Shown here: piece by piece, positions 61,712 through 64,000 of the stretch
Layout: each line of letters begins with the position of its first letter
Numbering within the stretch: the stretch's first letter is position 1
Assembly (NCBI GenBank): GCA_965225945.1
Contig: CBDDBZ010000035.1
Span: 224,001-288,000, forward strand
Reading direction: 5' to 3'
DNA from: Alphaproteobacteria bacterium
GTDB lineage: Bacteria; Pseudomonadota; Alphaproteobacteria; GCA-2731375
DNA: 64,000 nucleotides
The notes under the pieces: model-generated
The model's input: only the letters and a program-made list of their open reading frames with translations
The model's database searches: none
What the model was told of the DNA's origin: nothing
Position numbers and translations under genes: made by a program

Positions 61712-62542
61712 CTACAGCGCGTGGCGGACGACGCCGTTCTTGGCGACGAGAAAATCGCCGCCGCCGTAGCCGGCCTCGGGCGGAATGCGCAACCGACGCC
61801 CTTCCGCGTGGGCCACGGCCTCCGGGCGAACGGTCACCACCGCGTGCGCCCGCGCCGCCGCCAGGGCCTCGGCGACGCTTCGGGAACGGGCGAGCTTCAA
61901 CAGGTTGAGACGGGTCGGGAAGATCACCATGTGCTCGCCCGCGTCGGCCCGGGCCACCGCGTCGGCCGGTCGTGCCCAGGCGGACTCCACGCCCTCCCCG
62001 CCGTCGTGGCGCGCCTCGACCCCGGCAGGCGCCGGCGCCAGGAAGAAATGCGTATCGAAGATCCGGGGTGCCTCCTCGGGCGTGATCCAATGGGCGAAGG
62101 GGACCAGCGCATCGGTCTCCAGAACCACGTCCTCCGCCCGGCAGAGCTCGGCCAACGCGGCCTCCTCGGCCAACAGCGGCCGGCGCCAGCGGGCGACGAT
62201 CGCCTCGTGGCGCGCCGGCGGCAGGGGCCGGCCATCGGCCGCACGGGCCAGCAGCACGCCGCATTCCTCGAAGGCCTCGCGGATCGCCGCGACCCGGAGC
62301 GCGCGGGCTTTCCTGTCGAGCGCCGCCACGCCCAGGCAGCGCGCGGCCAAATCCACCTCGCCATCCCCCGCCTCGACCTTGCCGCCCGGAAAGACGACGG
62401 CGCCGGAAAAGCTCCGCGTCGCCTCGTGGCGAACCATCAGGAAGACCTCGAGGCCTGCCGCACGATCGCGGATCAGCAGCGTCGTCGCCGCCTCGATCCA
62501 AGGCAACTCCCCCGCCGCAGCGCCCGACTCGCTCCCGCTCAC
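61712..62542 (-). CDS. NUDIX hydrolase (NUDT19-like)
   Basis: VFPGGKVE..D, AAIREAFEECG, HWITP....FDT.FF, IFPT. Confidence 0.88.
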   Translation of the reverse strand: MSGSESGAAAGELPWIEAATTLLIRDRAAGLEVFLMVRHEATRSFSGAVVFPGGKVEAGDGEVDLAARCLGVAALDRKARALRVAAIREAFEECGVLLARAADGRPLPPARHEAIVARWRRPLLAEEAALAELCRAEDVVLETDALVPFAHWITPEEAPRIFDTHFFLAPAPAGVEARHDGGEGVESAWARPADAVARADAGEHMVIFPTRLNLLKLARSRSVAEALAAARAHAVVTVRPEAVAHAEGRRLRIPPEAGYGGGDFLVAKNGVVRHAL

Positions 62543-62629
62543 GCTCGCTCTCCCGCCGCTTTTTCGCGCGGCAACAGGCCACAGCCCCGCCCGATTGGCA
62601 AGTTCGCCCGCTTCGGCCAGAATGCGCCC

Positions 62630-62766
62630 CAGAGCAATATTCGAACGTATTGAACCGGTGCGGTTCAATACGTTCGGATAAAATTGCTCTATTCTTCCAA
62701 GTTGGCAGAGCAGCATCCACCAGTTGGATCGCTGAAAGCGATTTCCTTCTGGTGGATGCTGCTCTG
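62630..62766. repeat. Intact bipartite AGAGCA double-hairpin repeat
   Basis: Two hairpins, each bounded by AGAGCA/TGCTCT; matches 46933-46999 plus 52216-52285. Confidence 0.8.
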
Positions 62767-62789
62767 ACGAGAGGCGGGCGGCACGGCCC

Positions 62790-63734
62790 ATGAAGGCAAT
62801 CTTTCACCATGCGACCAGCCCGGGCCTGGTTACGCGGCTCCGGGCGGCGTTGCCCGAGTGGCTCCAGGTCGAGACCTGCGACGAGGCCGACGAGGCGCGC
62901 CTGTTTCGCCTGCTGCCCGGGACGGACGTGCTGTGGCATGTGCTGAAGCCGGCGACGGCCGAGGTGATCGATGCCGCGCCCGCCCTGCGGCTGATCCAGA
63001 AGATCGGCGTCGGCGTCAACACCATCGATCTGGCGCGGGCGGCGGCGCGCGACATCGCGGTCTGCAACATGCCCGGCACCAACAGCCAGGCGGTGGCCGA
63101 AGCGACGCTGATGTTGATGCTGGCGGCGCTGCGCCGTGCCGTCCCCTTCGACCGGGCGACGCGGGAGGGGCGCGGCTGGGCGCTCGAGCCCGAGGATTTT
63201 GACAAGGTCGGCGAGATCGCCGGCAAGACGGTGGGGCTGATCGGCTATGGCGCGGTGGCACGCCGAGTGGAGCCGGCGCTCCGCGCGCTCGGCGCCCGGG
63301 TGCTCTACCTCGCGACGGCGGTCAAGGCCGACGCCACGGCGGAATGGCGGGAGCTGCCGGCGCTGCTGGCGGAATCCGACATCGTCTCGCTGCACGTGCC
63401 TCTGACGGCGGAGACCGAAGGCATGCTGGACCGGGCCGCATTCGCCCTCATGAAGCCCGGCGCGGTGCTGATCAACGGCGCCCGGGGCGGGCTGGTGGAC
63501 GAGGCGGCCCTGCTCGAGGCGCTGGGCGACGGCCGGCTCGCCGCCGCCGGCCTCGACGTCTATGCGAGCGAGCCGGTGGCGCCCGACAATCCGCTGCTGG
63601 GGCTCGACAACGTGGTATTGAGCCCGCATATCGCCTGGCTGACGCCGGAGACCCTGGACCGCAGCCTCGGCGTCGCGATCGAGAACTGCCGCCGGCTTCG
63701 CGACGGCGAGGCGCTGTTGCACCGCGTCGTCTGA
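62790..63734 (+). CDS. 2-hydroxyacid dehydrogenase
   Basis: [27 protein letters not shown]. Confidence 0.9.
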   Translation: MKAIFHHATSPGLVTRLRAALPEWLQVETCDEADEARLFRLLPGTDVLWHVLKPATAEVIDAAPALRLIQKIGVGVNTIDLARAAARDIAVCNMPGTNSQAVAEATLMLMLAALRRAVPFDRATREGRGWALEPEDFDKVGEIAGKTVGLIGYGAVARRVEPALRALGARVLYLATAVKADATAEWRELPALLAESDIVSLHVPLTAETEGMLDRAAFALMKPGAVLINGARGGLVDEAALLEALGDGRLAAAGLDVYASEPVAPDNPLLGLDNVVLSPHIAWLTPETLDRSLGVAIENCRRLRDGEALLHRVV

Positions 63735-63771
63735 CGCGGGGCGGCACGGGGGGAGGGGGAAGAGAGCGGGC

Positions 63772-64000
63772 ATGGGCGAGACCACCTGCATTCGCGCCGC
63801 CGAATGGGTCGTCGCCTGGGACGATACGGTCGGCCGCCACGGCTATCTGCGCGGCGCCGACGTCGTCTTCACGGGCGAGACCATCGACTTCGTCGGCGGC
63901 CACTACGAGGGGCCGGTGGCCCGCGAGATCGACGGCCGCGACCGCCTGGTGATGCCGGGCCTGGTGGACATCCATTCCCATGCCATGTCGGAGCCGATGA
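63772..64000 (+). CDS. Amidohydrolase family protein (AtzA/SAH deaminase-like), runs off the window
   Basis: MGETTCIRAAEWVVAWD...MPGLVDIHSH. Confidence 0.8.
   Translation, partial: MGETTCIRAAEWVVAWDDTVGRHGYLRGADVVFTGETIDFVGGHYEGPVAREIDGRDRLVMPGLVDIHSHAMSEPM

Noticed and set aside
1-64000. CRISPR array, tRNA, rRNA, integron or prophage
   Set aside because: No regularly spaced repeats, cloverleaf or rRNA signatures, integrase or phage structural genes seen by eye.

Overview
High-GC chromosomal segment, most likely alphaproteobacterial (Rhodospirillales-like, inferred from RcdA/DUF1465, DUF1491, DUF2336, a CtrA-type box and serC-serA-hisZ-purA). The backbone is housekeeping and catabolic genes: serC, serA, hisZ, purA, ivd, hydA, metY-like, pepN, tag, ygfZ, and two small HSPs under an RpoH promoter plus a ROSE thermometer. 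A dense mobilome is layered on top. It includes (i) an IS graveyard at ~12.6-19.9 kb (IS91-like remnant, IS21, truncated GMC oxidoreductase, IS5); (ii) a four-level nested insertion at 46.9-52.3 kb (IS3-like inside IS21 inside IS4 inside a palindromic repeat) with all target duplications readable; (iii) two copies of a 1420-bp IS3-like element that both have atypical 14-bp target duplications; (iv) a 747-bp transposase-less cargo element with 35-bp TIRs containing NrdR-box-like motifs, inside a lower-GC islet that also carries an MMPL/RND gene; (v) several MITE or palindromic repeat families with compensatory base changes; and (vi) three integrase-free type II toxin-antitoxin islets. No rRNA, tRNA, CRISPR array or reverse transcriptase was seen. 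Product calls come from motif recognition by eye, not from database searches.
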